From Oceanispirochaeta sp. (GTDB lineage Bacteria; Spirochaetota; Spirochaetia; DSM-2461), in NCBI GenBank assembly GCA_963663385.2, contig CAXXXD010000003.1, forward strand, positions 832,001 to 896,000: a stretch of 64,000 nucleotides of DNA, given 5' to 3'. Below, piece after piece: positions 1-10,118 of this stretch. A model generated the notes under the pieces. It saw only the letters and a list, made by a program, of their open reading frames with translations. It had not been told where the DNA came from and made no database searches. Each line of letters opens with the position of its first letter. The first letter of the stretch is position 1. A program made the position numbers and the translations under genes.

Positions 1-825
1 AGCAAGCTGGTAAGCGGCGGTACGGAAGGGGGATCCAACCTTTTCCAGGTTGAGTATTTTGACGATAAGGTCTGCCTGGCACAGTCTCCCCAGCAGTATA
101 AACAGACCATGGTATCCAGCGGTCTGGAAAGGGTCTTTGAAATCGGTCATGCCTACCGGGCGGAAAAGCATGATACGCCCCGTCATATCAATGAGTATGT
201 GTCTCTGGATGTGGAAATGGGTTTTATCGAATCCGAGAAAGAACTGATGTCTCTGGAAGCACAGATGATGGAGTATATATTCCGCAGGGTTAGGGAGAAC
301 AACCAGAAGGATCTGGATGCCTGGGGAGCTGTAACTCCTGATCCCGATAAATGCAGGAATATACCCGTGATCCCCCATGACAAGGCGAAAAAAATCGTAT
401 CCGAACGACTGGGCCGGAGGGTTTTTGAAATTAATCCCGAAGCGGAACGGATTATCTGTGAATGGGCGGAAGAGGAGTATGGGATTCCCATGGTCTTCAT
501 CAATGCCTTCCCCCGTAAAAAGCGTCCCTTTTATACCTATCCCGAAGGTTTGAAAACCATGAGTTTCGACCTGATTTTCCGGGGGCTGGAAATCACTACC
601 GGCGGCCGCCGTATCAATGAATACAAGATGATGAAGGAAACCCTTCCCAAATTCGGTATGACCGAAGAGGAACTGGGGGATTATATGACCATATTCAAAT
701 ACGGCTGTCCCCCTCATGGCGGATTTGCCATCGGGCTGGAACGTCTGACCCAGAAAATTCTGGGACTGCAGAATGTCAAGGAAGCTTCCCTGTTCCCCAG
801 AGACAGAAAAAGGACGACTCCCTGA
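1..825 (+). CDS. aspS: Aspartyl-tRNA synthetase, archaeal/non-discriminating-like type (5'-truncated by window edge)
   Basis: Frame open from base 1 (SKLVSGGTEGGSNLF...LAQSPQQYKQ); class II motif 2 YRAEKHDTPRHINEY, motif 3 PPHGGFAIGLERL, C-terminal LFPRD; no bacterial GAD insertion. Confidence 0.9.
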   Translation, partial: SKLVSGGTEGGSNLFQVEYFDDKVCLAQSPQQYKQTMVSSGLERVFEIGHAYRAEKHDTPRHINEYVSLDVEMGFIESEKELMSLEAQMMEYIFRRVRENNQKDLDAWGAVTPDPDKCRNIPVIPHDKAKKIVSERLGRRVFEINPEAERIICEWAEEEYGIPMVFINAFPRKKRPFYTYPEGLKTMSFDLIFRGLEITTGGRRINEYKMMKETLPKFGMTEEELGDYMTIFKYGCPPHGGFAIGLERLTQKILGLQNVKEASLFPRDRKRTTP

Positions 826-913
826 TTATTATAAGTCCCTCTCTCTCTGGGAGGGGCGTCATTGAAGTTCTTCTCTTTTTCGAGGAGACCGAGAAGGGCC
901 TGGAGACAATGGT

Positions 914-1408
914 ATGATCAGAAATGTCACAACGAATGATGCCTCTCAAATCTGCCAAATCTATAACTACTATATTAAAGAAACAATCGTTACCTTCGAA
1001 GAAGAACCCATAGATTCTGATAAAATGGAAGGGCGGATCCGGGAGGTTACATCAGAGCATCCCTGGATTGTCTATGAAGAGGATGGCAGGATTCTCGGTT
1101 ATGCCTATGCGCATACCTGGCGAAACCGCAGTGCCTTTCGGTACTCCCTCGAATCAACTGTCTATCTCGATCAGGAAGTCACTGGACGGGGAATCGGTTC
1201 AAAACTGTATGCCCGGCTTCTGGAGATGCTGGAGGATCAGGGCATTCACAGGGTTATAGGGGTTATCTCCCTGCCCAACGAGGGCAGTGTGAAACTTCAC
1301 GAGAAATTCGGATTTAAAAAAGTGGCCCACTACAGTGAAGTCGGGTTGAAGTTTGGCCGATGGATCGATATCGGCTCCTGGCAGTTGAACCTTCATGCCC
1401 ATCGTTAG
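914..1408 (+). CDS. GNAT N-acetyltransferase, phosphinothricin/YncA-like
   Basis: IYNYYI..T.VTFEEEP, AFRYSLESTVY, GRGIGSKL, NEGSVKLHEKFGF, KFGRWID motifs. Confidence 0.9.
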   Translation: MIRNVTTNDASQICQIYNYYIKETIVTFEEEPIDSDKMEGRIREVTSEHPWIVYEEDGRILGYAYAHTWRNRSAFRYSLESTVYLDQEVTGRGIGSKLYARLLEMLEDQGIHRVIGVISLPNEGSVKLHEKFGFKKVAHYSEVGLKFGRWIDIGSWQLNLHAHR

Positions 1409-1462
1409 CACGAAAATTTCAGTGTTTCTATTTTTGAATATTTCTATTTTCGCAGTTTTCTA

Positions 1463-1491
1463 TTGATCAGAGTGGTATGCCCTATTATAAT
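1463..1491 (+). promoter_or_regulatory. sigma70 promoter of asnS (likely leaderless)
   Basis: TTGATC-N17-TATAAT ending 6 nt before ATG at 1498. Confidence 0.7.
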
Positions 1492-1497
1492 GCCGCT

Positions 1498-2880
1498 ATG
1501 AAACAGGAAACAATCAAGCAAATTTTACAAAAAACAGAAAGCATCGGTGAAAAAATGACCGTTCAGGGCTGGGTCCGTACCAAGCGGGATACAAAAGAAA
1601 TTGCCTTCATAGCCCTTAATGACGGATCCTGTATGGGAAATATTCAGGTTATTGCCGATAAAGATAAAATAGATGAACAGACTCTCCATCGTCTGACAAC
1701 GGGAGCCAGCTGTGCTGTAACGGGAATTCTGGTGGAATCTCCCGCCAAGGGTCAGGCTGTTGAGCTGCAGGCTGCGTCTATAGAAGTTCTGGGTGACTGT
1801 CCGGGTGATTATCCCCTCCAGAAAAAGCGTCACTCCATGGAATTTCTCCGGGAAATCGGACATCTCAGGGCCAGAACCAATACCTTCGGGGCTGTAGCCC
1901 GGATCCGTCATGCCATGACCCAGGCTATTCACTCCTATTTTCAGGAGAATGACTTTTTCAATGTACATACCCCTATTATCACAGCAAGCGACTGTGAAGG
2001 CGCAGGAGAGATGTTTCAGGTAACAACCCTTCCTTTCGATACCTTTGACAGTTCTCAGGGGATAGATTACTCCAGGGACTTTTTCGGTAAACAGGCCTCT
2101 TTGACTGTAAGCGGACAGCTCTCGGCCGAGACCTATGCCACTGCCCTTGGACGGGTCTATACCTTCGGTCCCACCTTCCGGGCTGAGAATTCCAATACAT
2201 CCCGTCACCTGGCGGAGTTCTGGATGATTGAACCGGAGATGTCCTTCTGCGATATCAACGGGGATATGGACATGGCAGAGGAGTTCCTGAAATACGTTCT
2301 CAGCTATGTCCTTGAAAATTGTGATGAGGATATGCAGTTTTTTAACAGGTTTGTTCAGAAGGGCATTATAGATGATCTTAAAGCTGTAATTAACGCCGAT
2401 TTTACCCGGATCAGCTATACTAAAGCGATTGAGGATCTGGAACTTTCGGGAGAAACGTTTGAATTCCCCGTATCCTGGGGGATTGATCTGGCTTCGGAGC
2501 ATGAGAAATACCTAACCGAAAAGGTTTATAAGGGTCCTGTTATCATTACGGACTATCCCAAAGATATTAAAGCCTTCTATATGAAGCTTAATGAGGACGG
2601 GAAAACTGTCCGGGCCATGGACGTGCTGGTTCCCCGGCTTGGGGAAATTATCGGGGGCAGCGAGAGAGAAAACAACTACGATACCCTTGTAAGCCGGATT
2701 AAGGAGATGGGCCTGAATGAGGAAGACTACTGGTGGTATCTTGACCTGCGCAAGTTCGGCAGCGTTCCTCATGCGGGATTTGGACTGGGATTTGAAAGGC
2801 TAATACAGTATGTAACCGGCATGGGCAATATCCGGGATGTTATCCCCTATGCCCGGTCTGCCCGGAACTGTGAGTTCTAG
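1498..2880 (+). CDS. asnS: Asparaginyl-tRNA synthetase
   Basis: GWVRTKR OB fold, [48 protein letters not shown]; start moved to 1498 because the 1477 ATG lies inside the promoter. Confidence 0.97.
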   Translation: MKQETIKQILQKTESIGEKMTVQGWVRTKRDTKEIAFIALNDGSCMGNIQVIADKDKIDEQTLHRLTTGASCAVTGILVESPAKGQAVELQAASIEVLGDCPGDYPLQKKRHSMEFLREIGHLRARTNTFGAVARIRHAMTQAIHSYFQENDFFNVHTPIITASDCEGAGEMFQVTTLPFDTFDSSQGIDYSRDFFGKQASLTVSGQLSAETYATALGRVYTFGPTFRAENSNTSRHLAEFWMIEPEMSFCDINGDMDMAEEFLKYVLSYVLENCDEDMQFFNRFVQKGIIDDLKAVINADFTRISYTKAIEDLELSGETFEFPVSWGIDLASEHEKYLTEKVYKGPVIITDYPKDIKAFYMKLNEDGKTVRAMDVLVPRLGEIIGGSERENNYDTLVSRIKEMGLNEEDYWWYLDLRKFGSVPHAGFGLGFERLIQYVTGMGNIRDVIPYARSARNCEF

Positions 2881-2896
2881 GAGTCTTTGCACAGAA

Positions 2897-3967
2897 ATGG
2901 AACTGTTAAACTACAGTTATGATAATCTGATCGGATTTCTTACCGGTCGATATGGAAAAAGGGCATACCATGGGGATGCCCTTTTTCGTCATATATACGC
3001 CGAGGGGAATCTGAATCTGTCCTCTCCTTCTCCCTTTGAGAATAACAGAGTTTTCGCCGAACTGCTTGAACAGGAAGTGCCATTAAATCTGCCGGAAATC
3101 CGGAGAATTCAGCAGGAAGAGGGAACGAAAAAGTTTACCCTGGATCTGGACCGGTCGATCAACTGCGAAACGGTTTTAATCCCCATGAAAGGGTATTCAA
3201 CCCTCTGCCTGTCTTCTCAGCTGGGCTGTCGGTGGAACTGCCGTTTTTGTGAAACCGGTCGTCTGGGGTATATTCGAAACCTGACAGCAGCAGAGATTAT
3301 GGCCCAGATTCTGACAGCCCGTTTTGTTTTAAAGGCGGATAACCTCAGGAACCTTGTCTTTATGGGGATGGGAGAACCCCTGGAGAATATGGATGCCCTG
3401 ATGGAATCCATCAATATTGCCACAGATCCCCGTGGATTGAGTATTCACGCCAAACATATTTCGATTTCGACCGCCGGATATATTCCGGGAATCAGAACTC
3501 TGACAGACCTTTGCCGCCGGTATCCGGAAAGGCATTATGAAAAACTGTATTTGAGTCTCTCCCTGCATTCGGCAGATCCTGTAACCAGGAACACACTGAT
3601 GCCTATAAACAGGACCTATCCTCTGGATCAACTGAAAAAAAGTCTTCTGGATTCCCCTTATGCCCGGAGAAAGGATGGGCTGTATATAGAATATATTATT
3701 ATTCCCGGGATAACGGATACTCCTGCTCAAATCGATAATTTATTGGATTTTTTGGAAGGAATGGCAGTCAAAATCAATCTTATCCCTTATAATCCAGGTA
3801 AGGATCCTTCTTTCCGGAAACCCGAAGCGGAAGAGATCGACAGGTTGTGGAATACCCTGATAGAGAGGGGCATTTCCTGCAGGACAAGAGTCAGCCGGGG
3901 TGAAACCGTCATGGCTGCCTGCGGACAGCTGGGTAACAGGAGCAGTAAAGATGAACAATCAGGATAA
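2897..3967 (+). CDS. rlmN: RlmN-family radical SAM RNA methyltransferase
   Basis: TLCLSSQLGCRWNCRFC (CxxxCxxC), FMGMGEPL, C-terminal AACGQL; may be a divergent paralog. Confidence 0.8.
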   Translation: MELLNYSYDNLIGFLTGRYGKRAYHGDALFRHIYAEGNLNLSSPSPFENNRVFAELLEQEVPLNLPEIRRIQQEEGTKKFTLDLDRSINCETVLIPMKGYSTLCLSSQLGCRWNCRFCETGRLGYIRNLTAAEIMAQILTARFVLKADNLRNLVFMGMGEPLENMDALMESINIATDPRGLSIHAKHISISTAGYIPGIRTLTDLCRRYPERHYEKLYLSLSLHSADPVTRNTLMPINRTYPLDQLKKSLLDSPYARRKDGLYIEYIIIPGITDTPAQIDNLLDFLEGMAVKINLIPYNPGKDPSFRKPEAEEIDRLWNTLIERGISCRTRVSRGETVMAACGQLGNRSSKDEQSG

Positions 3968-4592
3968 TACGTTCAATAAGATGAAGCAGACATTCCCGCA
4001 GCATAGTGTGATTTTTTCGGAAGGGGAGCGGGGGCATACCATGTATGTTATCCTGGACGGGGAGATTGAGATCCGAAAGAGAACGGGGAAAAACTCCTAT
4101 AAAATTCTGGTAACCCTGAAGGGGGGAGACTTTTTTGGTGAAATGGCCATTATCGAGAATAAACCCCGGACGGCAACTGCTGTGGCCAAAGTGCCCAGTA
4201 CCCTGATTACTCTCGATACGGACGCCTTTTATACCATGGTGGAACGAAGTTCCGATTTTGCAGTTAAAATGATTAAGACCCTTTCCTCCCGCCTGCGGAA
4301 GGCTGATCATCTGATTGAGTATATCCTCGGTTCCAATGATGAAAAACAGGTTGTTTCAGGAATTGCGGCTTATGTAAAAGCCCATCCCGACTGTGATAAT
4401 GGAAGCGGCGAGTGTAAAATTACCCTGAGGGATTACCTCAGATGGTCATCCCGCAATCTGGGGCATCCCGATGAAATGGTACAGCAGACAATAAAAAGGC
4501 TGATTGTCAGGAAGATTGTCAAAATTTACGATCCTCCCGAAAGGATTACGGAATTCTATATGGAGAAGAAACTACTCCTGCGCCTGGCCTGA
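3951..4592 (+). CDS. Cyclic nucleotide-binding (Crp/Fnr-like) protein
   Basis: IFSEGE..MYVILDGEIEI..GDFFGEMA..PRTATAVA; AGGAG RBS before ATG 3951. Confidence 0.85.
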   Translation: MNNQDNTFNKMKQTFPQHSVIFSEGERGHTMYVILDGEIEIRKRTGKNSYKILVTLKGGDFFGEMAIIENKPRTATAVAKVPSTLITLDTDAFYTMVERSSDFAVKMIKTLSSRLRKADHLIEYILGSNDEKQVVSGIAAYVKAHPDCDNGSGECKITLRDYLRWSSRNLGHPDEMVQQTIKRLIVRKIVKIYDPPERITEFYMEKKLLLRLA

Positions 4593-5510
4593 TCCGTTAA
4601 ATCGGGACTCTTCCAGAAACAGTAGCTGCTGATAGAGCATCCAGACACTTCTCATCTCATAACCGTTATCAGCTGCTTCCCTGATGGGCCGGTTGTACAT
4701 ATATTCCAGTTCCATGGTTCTGTTATTGTCAAAGTCCAGCTTCATGCTGGGCTCGTAGGGGATCATTTTATCGGTAAAAGCAAGCATTTTATCAGCTGCC
4801 TCATCTTCAATGGATACACCGCAGGCTCCTGCGCCGGCAATGACTTCCCGCATTAAGCGTTCTATTATATTGCGGGAAGAGGCTGTATCCATAATCCGCT
4901 TTGTATTCGCATCAAGAACTACCGATAGCCCGTTATAGGGAATATTCCAGAGGAGTTTCCGCCACCGGGCTTCGTGCAGGTCGTCTATCAGGGTAACCGG
5001 GACACCCGATTCCTCCATATCCAGCCCTACGGCATTACGGAGATCTGCATCTTTTTCATTCAGGCAGCCCAGAGTAATCAGTCCATAGTCCTGGTGATGG
5101 ATATGACCGGGTCCCGCTTTCCGCGAGCAGATAAAGCACATTCCCCCCAGAACAGGGTTTTCCGGAAACCAGCGTTTAAACTCATCCTCCATCCCCAGAC
5201 CGTTTTGAAGAACCAGTATGGCCGTATTATCCGTGAGGATCGGGCTGATCAGATTTCTCAGCATTTTATTGGATGTGGTTTTCAAAGCTATAAGCAATAC
5301 GTCCGCCGGAGGGAGCTCTTTTGCTTTTTCATATACACTTACATCTTTCAGATGAAAATTCCCGCGGGGAGAATCCACTCTTATACCATTGTCACGGATT
5401 TGCCTGTAGTCGCTTCTGGCCAGAAAATTCACGGTCCTTCCATTTTCCGCAAGGCGGCCGCCATAGTAACCTCCAACGGCTCCGGTTCCGATTACTGTAT
5501 AACTTTTCAT
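4572..5510 (-). CDS. panE: 2-dehydropantoate 2-reductase (ketopantoate reductase family)
   Basis: GTGAVGGYYG, LQNGLG, WRKLLWN, PSMKLD motifs. Confidence 0.9.
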   Translation of the reverse strand: MKSYTVIGTGAVGGYYGGRLAENGRTVNFLARSDYRQIRDNGIRVDSPRGNFHLKDVSVYEKAKELPPADVLLIALKTTSNKMLRNLISPILTDNTAILVLQNGLGMEDEFKRWFPENPVLGGMCFICSRKAGPGHIHHQDYGLITLGCLNEKDADLRNAVGLDMEESGVPVTLIDDLHEARWRKLLWNIPYNGLSVVLDANTKRIMDTASSRNIIERLMREVIAGAGACGVSIEDEAADKMLAFTDKMIPYEPSMKLDFDNNRTMELEYMYNRPIREAADNGYEMRSVWMLYQQLLFLEESRFNGSGQAQE

Positions 5511-5573
5511 TTAAAAATCACTCCAAAATAGATTTCGGAACCGGTGTCATAACTCTTCCGGTCCCGCTTCTTG

Positions 5574-6452
5574 TCATTCCTCCAGCAGTTCGCAGATGGA
5601 CAGGTTTTCGGGTGTCATCAGCTGATAGAGGGATTTTTCCAGCAGGACACCTTCTCTTTGGGGTGTGTTATGACCGAAGGTGTTACGGATGGCATGGACT
5701 ACAAAGTGAACCGCCCTGTCCAGTGCGGCAGGAAGGCTGTCTCCCAGAAGCAGGCGTCCTGTAATAACGCTGGCAAACATATCTCCCGTACCGGGGTAGG
5801 CAGCGGGAATGTGGGCAGTTTCCACCTTCCAGAATCGATTGTTTTTCTTTTCATAGGCCATGACCGCACTGGTTTCACCCTTTCCCTTAAGGGGAACACT
5901 GGTAATTACCACCTTCTCCGGTCCTGCCGCAGACAATTCCTTTAATATCTGTATAGCTTCATGCTGACCCAATTCTTCCTTATACTCCCGATTCAGAAGA
6001 AAGGCTGCTTCCGTATAGTTCGGGGTGATCAGGTCGGCCTTTTTTACAAGCTCCTTCATTCCTTTAACCATGGAAGTAGTGATGGGACCGTACAGTTCTC
6101 CGTCGTCTCCCATAACCGGATCGACAGTAATCAGCTGATCCTCCCTGGAGAAGTGCCTGATCAGGTCCATTACCAGGTCTATCTGGTCGGCCGAACCGAG
6201 AAAACCGGAATAGATACTGTCAAACTGAAGGGGCAGGGTTTTCCAATGAGCAATTATTCCCTTCATTGTATCGGTAAGATCCTGAAAGACATAATTTTCA
6301 AAACCGCTGGTCTGGGTAGAAAGAACGGCTGTAGGCAGGGGACAGACATTTATTCCCATAGCTGATAGAACTGGCAGAACTACGGTCAGGGAAGACCGGC
6401 CGTATCCGGAAAGATCATGGACTGCTGCTACTCGGGGGATGGGATTTTTCAT
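5574..6452 (-). CDS. pdxK: Pyridoxal/pyridoxamine kinase
   Basis: HDLSGYGRSSL, LPTAVLST, SGFLGS, DPVMGDDG, ITPNYTEA, YPGTGD. Confidence 0.9.
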   Translation of the reverse strand: MKNPIPRVAAVHDLSGYGRSSLTVVLPVLSAMGINVCPLPTAVLSTQTSGFENYVFQDLTDTMKGIIAHWKTLPLQFDSIYSGFLGSADQIDLVMDLIRHFSREDQLITVDPVMGDDGELYGPITTSMVKGMKELVKKADLITPNYTEAAFLLNREYKEELGQHEAIQILKELSAAGPEKVVITSVPLKGKGETSAVMAYEKKNNRFWKVETAHIPAAYPGTGDMFASVITGRLLLGDSLPAALDRAVHFVVHAIRNTFGHNTPQREGVLLEKSLYQLMTPENLSICELLEE

Positions 6453-6584
6453 AATTACTGGATTATATTATAATCCTCGGGGATTGAAAATACTCTTGAA
6501 AATATCTCTGATTTGTCGATTATAATGGTAATAAGTTCAATTTATATTTAAAATTTATTGGGGAATGGAAACCGGGAGGGTATT

Positions 6585-7460
6585 TTGACGCTCAGTCTTA
6601 CACAGGAAGAGAGACAGGCTGTAATGCTGTTGATGGGAGCGGATAGATCCTACGACGAGGACAGCCTGAAAAAAGCCTACCGCGGGAAGGTTAAAACATC
6701 TCATCCGGATTTGGCCATGAGCCTGGGAAAAGATCCTGTATTAATGAAACTGCAGTTTCAGGAGCTGAATGATGCGTTTCACCTCCTTCTTGAAAAAATA
6801 CGCCAGGATAACAATGATTACACTAAACATGTATACAGGAAATCCCGTCCCGGCGCCTATAAACCGACTTCTCAGAACACCCGGAAGCAGCATGCCCGTT
6901 CGGAGTATACCAGAAACAGGTATAGCGGTGCAGAGTATGCAGAAAAGAAGCGCAGCGGCAATTACCAGAAAAAGAAGGATCCCCGGACAAAAAAGACCCA
7001 TTCTCAATATACAAATTATTCAAGTCGTCCTAAAGCCAGGGCTGCATCTTCAGCGGAAGGACCAAAGTACTATAAAGGTCCCATGCCGGGCCGAATACTG
7101 CGGTTTGCTGAATATCTCTATTATGCGGGGGAAATCTCCTGGGAAGATCTGGTTCATGCCCTGGTGTGGCAGTACCGAAATCGTCCCAAATTGGGAGAAC
7201 TTGCCGAAGAAACAGGTGCTCTGGATCAGAATGATATACTCTACATTATTAAAAACAGACATTTTACCGAGATGTTTGGCGAGGCGGCCATCCGTTTAGG
7301 CAAACTGGACCGTAAATCAGTAGATAAACTTGTCCGTCAGCAGAAGCTGATGGGACTGCCTATCGGCCGCTTTTTTCTGGAAAATAAGATCTTTTCGGAA
7401 GAGCAGTTATGCCGGAAGCTGACCCGTTACCGCAGACATAATTTCTATCAGGGCAACTGA
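6585..7460 (+). CDS. J-domain (DnaJ-like) protein with C-terminal MshEN-like repeats
   Basis: LKKAYR...HPD...FQELNDAF J domain, basic linker, four 24-aa G..L...G.I....L...L..Q-like repeats; GGGAGG RBS before TTG 6585. Confidence 0.8.
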   Translation: MTLSLTQEERQAVMLLMGADRSYDEDSLKKAYRGKVKTSHPDLAMSLGKDPVLMKLQFQELNDAFHLLLEKIRQDNNDYTKHVYRKSRPGAYKPTSQNTRKQHARSEYTRNRYSGAEYAEKKRSGNYQKKKDPRTKKTHSQYTNYSSRPKARAASSAEGPKYYKGPMPGRILRFAEYLYYAGEISWEDLVHALVWQYRNRPKLGELAEETGALDQNDILYIIKNRHFTEMFGEAAIRLGKLDRKSVDKLVRQQKLMGLPIGRFFLENKIFSEEQLCRKLTRYRRHNFYQGN

Positions 7461-7506
7461 AATAAAAAATGATGAATTCCCTGCAATCTGTTATACTGTA
7501 AACTGT

Positions 7507-9114
7507 ATGAAATCTGATTGTTCACTGCCTTTCGAATTACAGGCTTCCAGGCGTTTGATTTATTTTATAATTCTGATATTTCTGGTCCTGATGGTTTTCA
7601 GTTTCGGTATCGGATATTTTATATATATACGTAAATTTACTCAGCTGGAGGAAAAAGCTCTTTTTAGCGATGAATTGAGTATAAATAATATTCTGGACAC
7701 AGAAATAGGATATCTCGGTGATATCTGCACGGATTGGGCCTATTGGACCGACACATGGGTCTTTATGCAGGATGGAAACGAGGCATATATTTCCAGCAAT
7801 CTGGGACTGACTACACTATCTGCTCTTAGTTTGAACATTATGTCCCTTGTTCATCCTGACGGCTCAATAAAATGGCAGATGGAAGCGGATCTGGATGAAC
7901 AGAGCGTCAGACAGAGTCCGGAATTCCCCATAGAGCACTTTCCCGTACAATTCTTTACACTCGAATCTGATACTCCTGAGGCAGGGATTGCATTAATTGA
8001 CGATCGCCTGATGCTGATAGCGTACCAGTCCATAACTCGAAGCGATGGCAGCGGCGGTTCCGTCGGAACCCTTTTTGTCGGAAGAGATCTGAGCAAATCA
8101 ATGCTGAGCAGACTGAATGGAATCGCTCAGGTTGATTTCCGCCTACTGAGCCTGAGGGAGATTAAAGAGACCCTTACGGATGCAGAGTTTGTGTGCTTGA
8201 ATGAAACCGGACGAGTGGTGAGAAGGAAGAAAGGCTGGCTCCTTTCTTTTGTCAAAACTCCTGTTATTACAGATAATGATTCGTTAATCGCTATTGAGTT
8301 GAAACTCCCCCGTACGGTTATGGCTCTGGGACGGGAGAGTTTTATTCTATATATTCTGGTTTCGTTATCCGGATTACTGCTTATGGGGTATGGAACAATC
8401 CGATTTTTAAAACGGAACTACATACAGCGTGTTAAGGAGCTGTTTCAGGATATTCAGCGGATAAAGAGGGATGGTGATTTATCTTACAGGATTCCGGTCC
8501 ATACCTCAGATGAATTCGGTCAATTCTGCAGCAGTTTCAACAGTCTTCTCGAGGTTATCGAAGAGCAGACATTTGAACTGACCAGGAAAAATATGGCCCT
8601 TCATCAGCAGGCGAATACGGATGAACTGACAGGGTTGTATAATAAGCGGTATTTTACCGACTGGTTAAACTCGGATTCGTTTTTCAATCGGTCCGACAAT
8701 AATCCTATTGCTGTTTTAATGGTGGATATAGATCATTTCAAACTTTATAATGACCGGTATGGGCATATCGCCGGAGATGTCTGTATCCGGAACGTTGCCG
8801 AGTTACTGAGAAGTGTAGCCACAAGACCTACCGATTCCAGCATCCGTTACGGGGGAGAAGAGTTTTTACTAATCCTTTCAAATACCGACTATCACGGGGC
8901 CGAATGGATTGCCCGGAAGGTTCTGAAAAAGGTGAATGACCTGGATATCGAGAATGCAGATTCTCCCATTGCATCCCATCTAACAGTCAGTATCGGTATT
9001 GCCTGTGGTAAACCGGCAGATCAAGAGAGTATGATGGAACTGATTTCCTGGGCGGATAAGGCTTTGTATAAATCTAAAAAAGGCGGTAGAAACCGGTTTT
9101 CCATCTGGACATAA
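7507..9114 (+). CDS. Diguanylate cyclase with CHASE4 and HAMP domains
   Basis: Two TM helices, DWAYWTDTWVF CHASE4 motif, HAMP (DEFGQFCSSFN), DIDHFKLYND, RPTD I-site and GGEEF. Confidence 0.93.
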   Translation: MKSDCSLPFELQASRRLIYFIILIFLVLMVFSFGIGYFIYIRKFTQLEEKALFSDELSINNILDTEIGYLGDICTDWAYWTDTWVFMQDGNEAYISSNLGLTTLSALSLNIMSLVHPDGSIKWQMEADLDEQSVRQSPEFPIEHFPVQFFTLESDTPEAGIALIDDRLMLIAYQSITRSDGSGGSVGTLFVGRDLSKSMLSRLNGIAQVDFRLLSLREIKETLTDAEFVCLNETGRVVRRKKGWLLSFVKTPVITDNDSLIAIELKLPRTVMALGRESFILYILVSLSGLLLMGYGTIRFLKRNYIQRVKELFQDIQRIKRDGDLSYRIPVHTSDEFGQFCSSFNSLLEVIEEQTFELTRKNMALHQQANTDELTGLYNKRYFTDWLNSDSFFNRSDNNPIAVLMVDIDHFKLYNDRYGHIAGDVCIRNVAELLRSVATRPTDSSIRYGGEEFLLILSNTDYHGAEWIARKVLKKVNDLDIENADSPIASHLTVSIGIACGKPADQESMMELISWADKALYKSKKGGRNRFSIWT

Positions 9115-9151
9115 ACCGTATCCCCACTTCACGCACATTTAAAATAATCGG

Positions 9152-9169
9152 ACAGGACACATGTCCTGT
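9152..9169. promoter_or_regulatory. Palindromic operator upstream of the DMT transporter
   Basis: ACAGGACA-CA-TGTCCTGT perfect inverted repeat. Confidence 0.6.
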
Positions 9170-9212
9170 TAATTTTTCTGAAAGCCTCGTATAAATAGGT
9201 GAGAGGTTGATT

Positions 9213-10118
9213 ATGTACTATACACTGCTTGCATTATCCGGCGCCCTGATTGCGGTTATGGTAACACTGAACGGAATGCTCGCTCAAATGGCTGGAATTG
9301 CCCTGTCTCTGATTTTTATCCATATTGCCGGACTCGTCGGCATCCATCTGATACTGTACAGGGAGAAGAAATACCCACCTGTAAAGATACCTCTCTATCT
9401 TTTTCTTCCCGGCTTTATCGGTGTCATTCTTACCTGGGCCAATATTTACTGTGTAAATACCCTCGGGGTAACTCTTATGCTGGCTCTGGGCCTCCTGGGG
9501 CAACTGACAGCCTCATTTGTTTATGATATCACAGGTCTTCCCGGGCTTGAAAAGCGGCCTGTCACCCTTCAGCGGGTACTGACCCTGATAACCGCAGTTT
9601 TAGGCTGTCTCATTATGATTGATCCGTCCCGTCTGCTCTCCTTTGCTGTAGCCGCAGCCGTTCTTTCCGGTGTTATTGTCGCATCGTCCACTTCGCTGAA
9701 CGCCTCGCTGGGTACACTTGTGGGACCGCTCCACTCAACCCGGATCAATTACATTACGGGGTTAATCGGCTGTTTTATTTTTCTGGGGATTACAGGTATT
9801 ACGGGAGGAGAAATCCCCTCACTGAATATCCTTCGTTCCATTCCATGGTATATTCTGGCGGGAGGAGGGCTCTGCGGTGTAGCTGTGGTTTCGGGAATCA
9901 ACTTCTCCCTGCCTCATATTTCCATTCTCTATTCTACGGTTATTCTTTTAGCCGCGCAGATTATCACAGGGTATTTTATGGATCTTGTACGTCATGAAGC
10001 TGTGGATTACAGGGTTGTGACAGGTGCGGCTGTTATGCTGGCCGGACTTTGTTTAAGGTTTATCATTCCCGGGAAACTTGAAAATACCGGTAAGGCAGTT
10101 CCACCGGAAATGACTTAA
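9213..10118 (+). CDS. DMT-superfamily transporter (fused double YdcZ/DUF606-like)
   Basis: About 10 hydrophobic helices in two homologous halves (NGML..GQL..S..YD / NASL..AQI..G..MD). Confidence 0.8.
   Translation: MYYTLLALSGALIAVMVTLNGMLAQMAGIALSLIFIHIAGLVGIHLILYREKKYPPVKIPLYLFLPGFIGVILTWANIYCVNTLGVTLMLALGLLGQLTASFVYDITGLPGLEKRPVTLQRVLTLITAVLGCLIMIDPSRLLSFAVAAAVLSGVIVASSTSLNASLGTLVGPLHSTRINYITGLIGCFIFLGITGITGGEIPSLNILRSIPWYILAGGGLCGVAVVSGINFSLPHISILYSTVILLAAQIITGYFMDLVRHEAVDYRVVTGAAVMLAGLCLRFIIPGKLENTGKAVPPEMT

Noticed and set aside
6496..6526. sigma28-like TTGA-N15-GTCGATTA upstream of the J-domain gene
   Set aside because: Weak match overlapping an equally plausible TATAAT in an AT-rich divergent region
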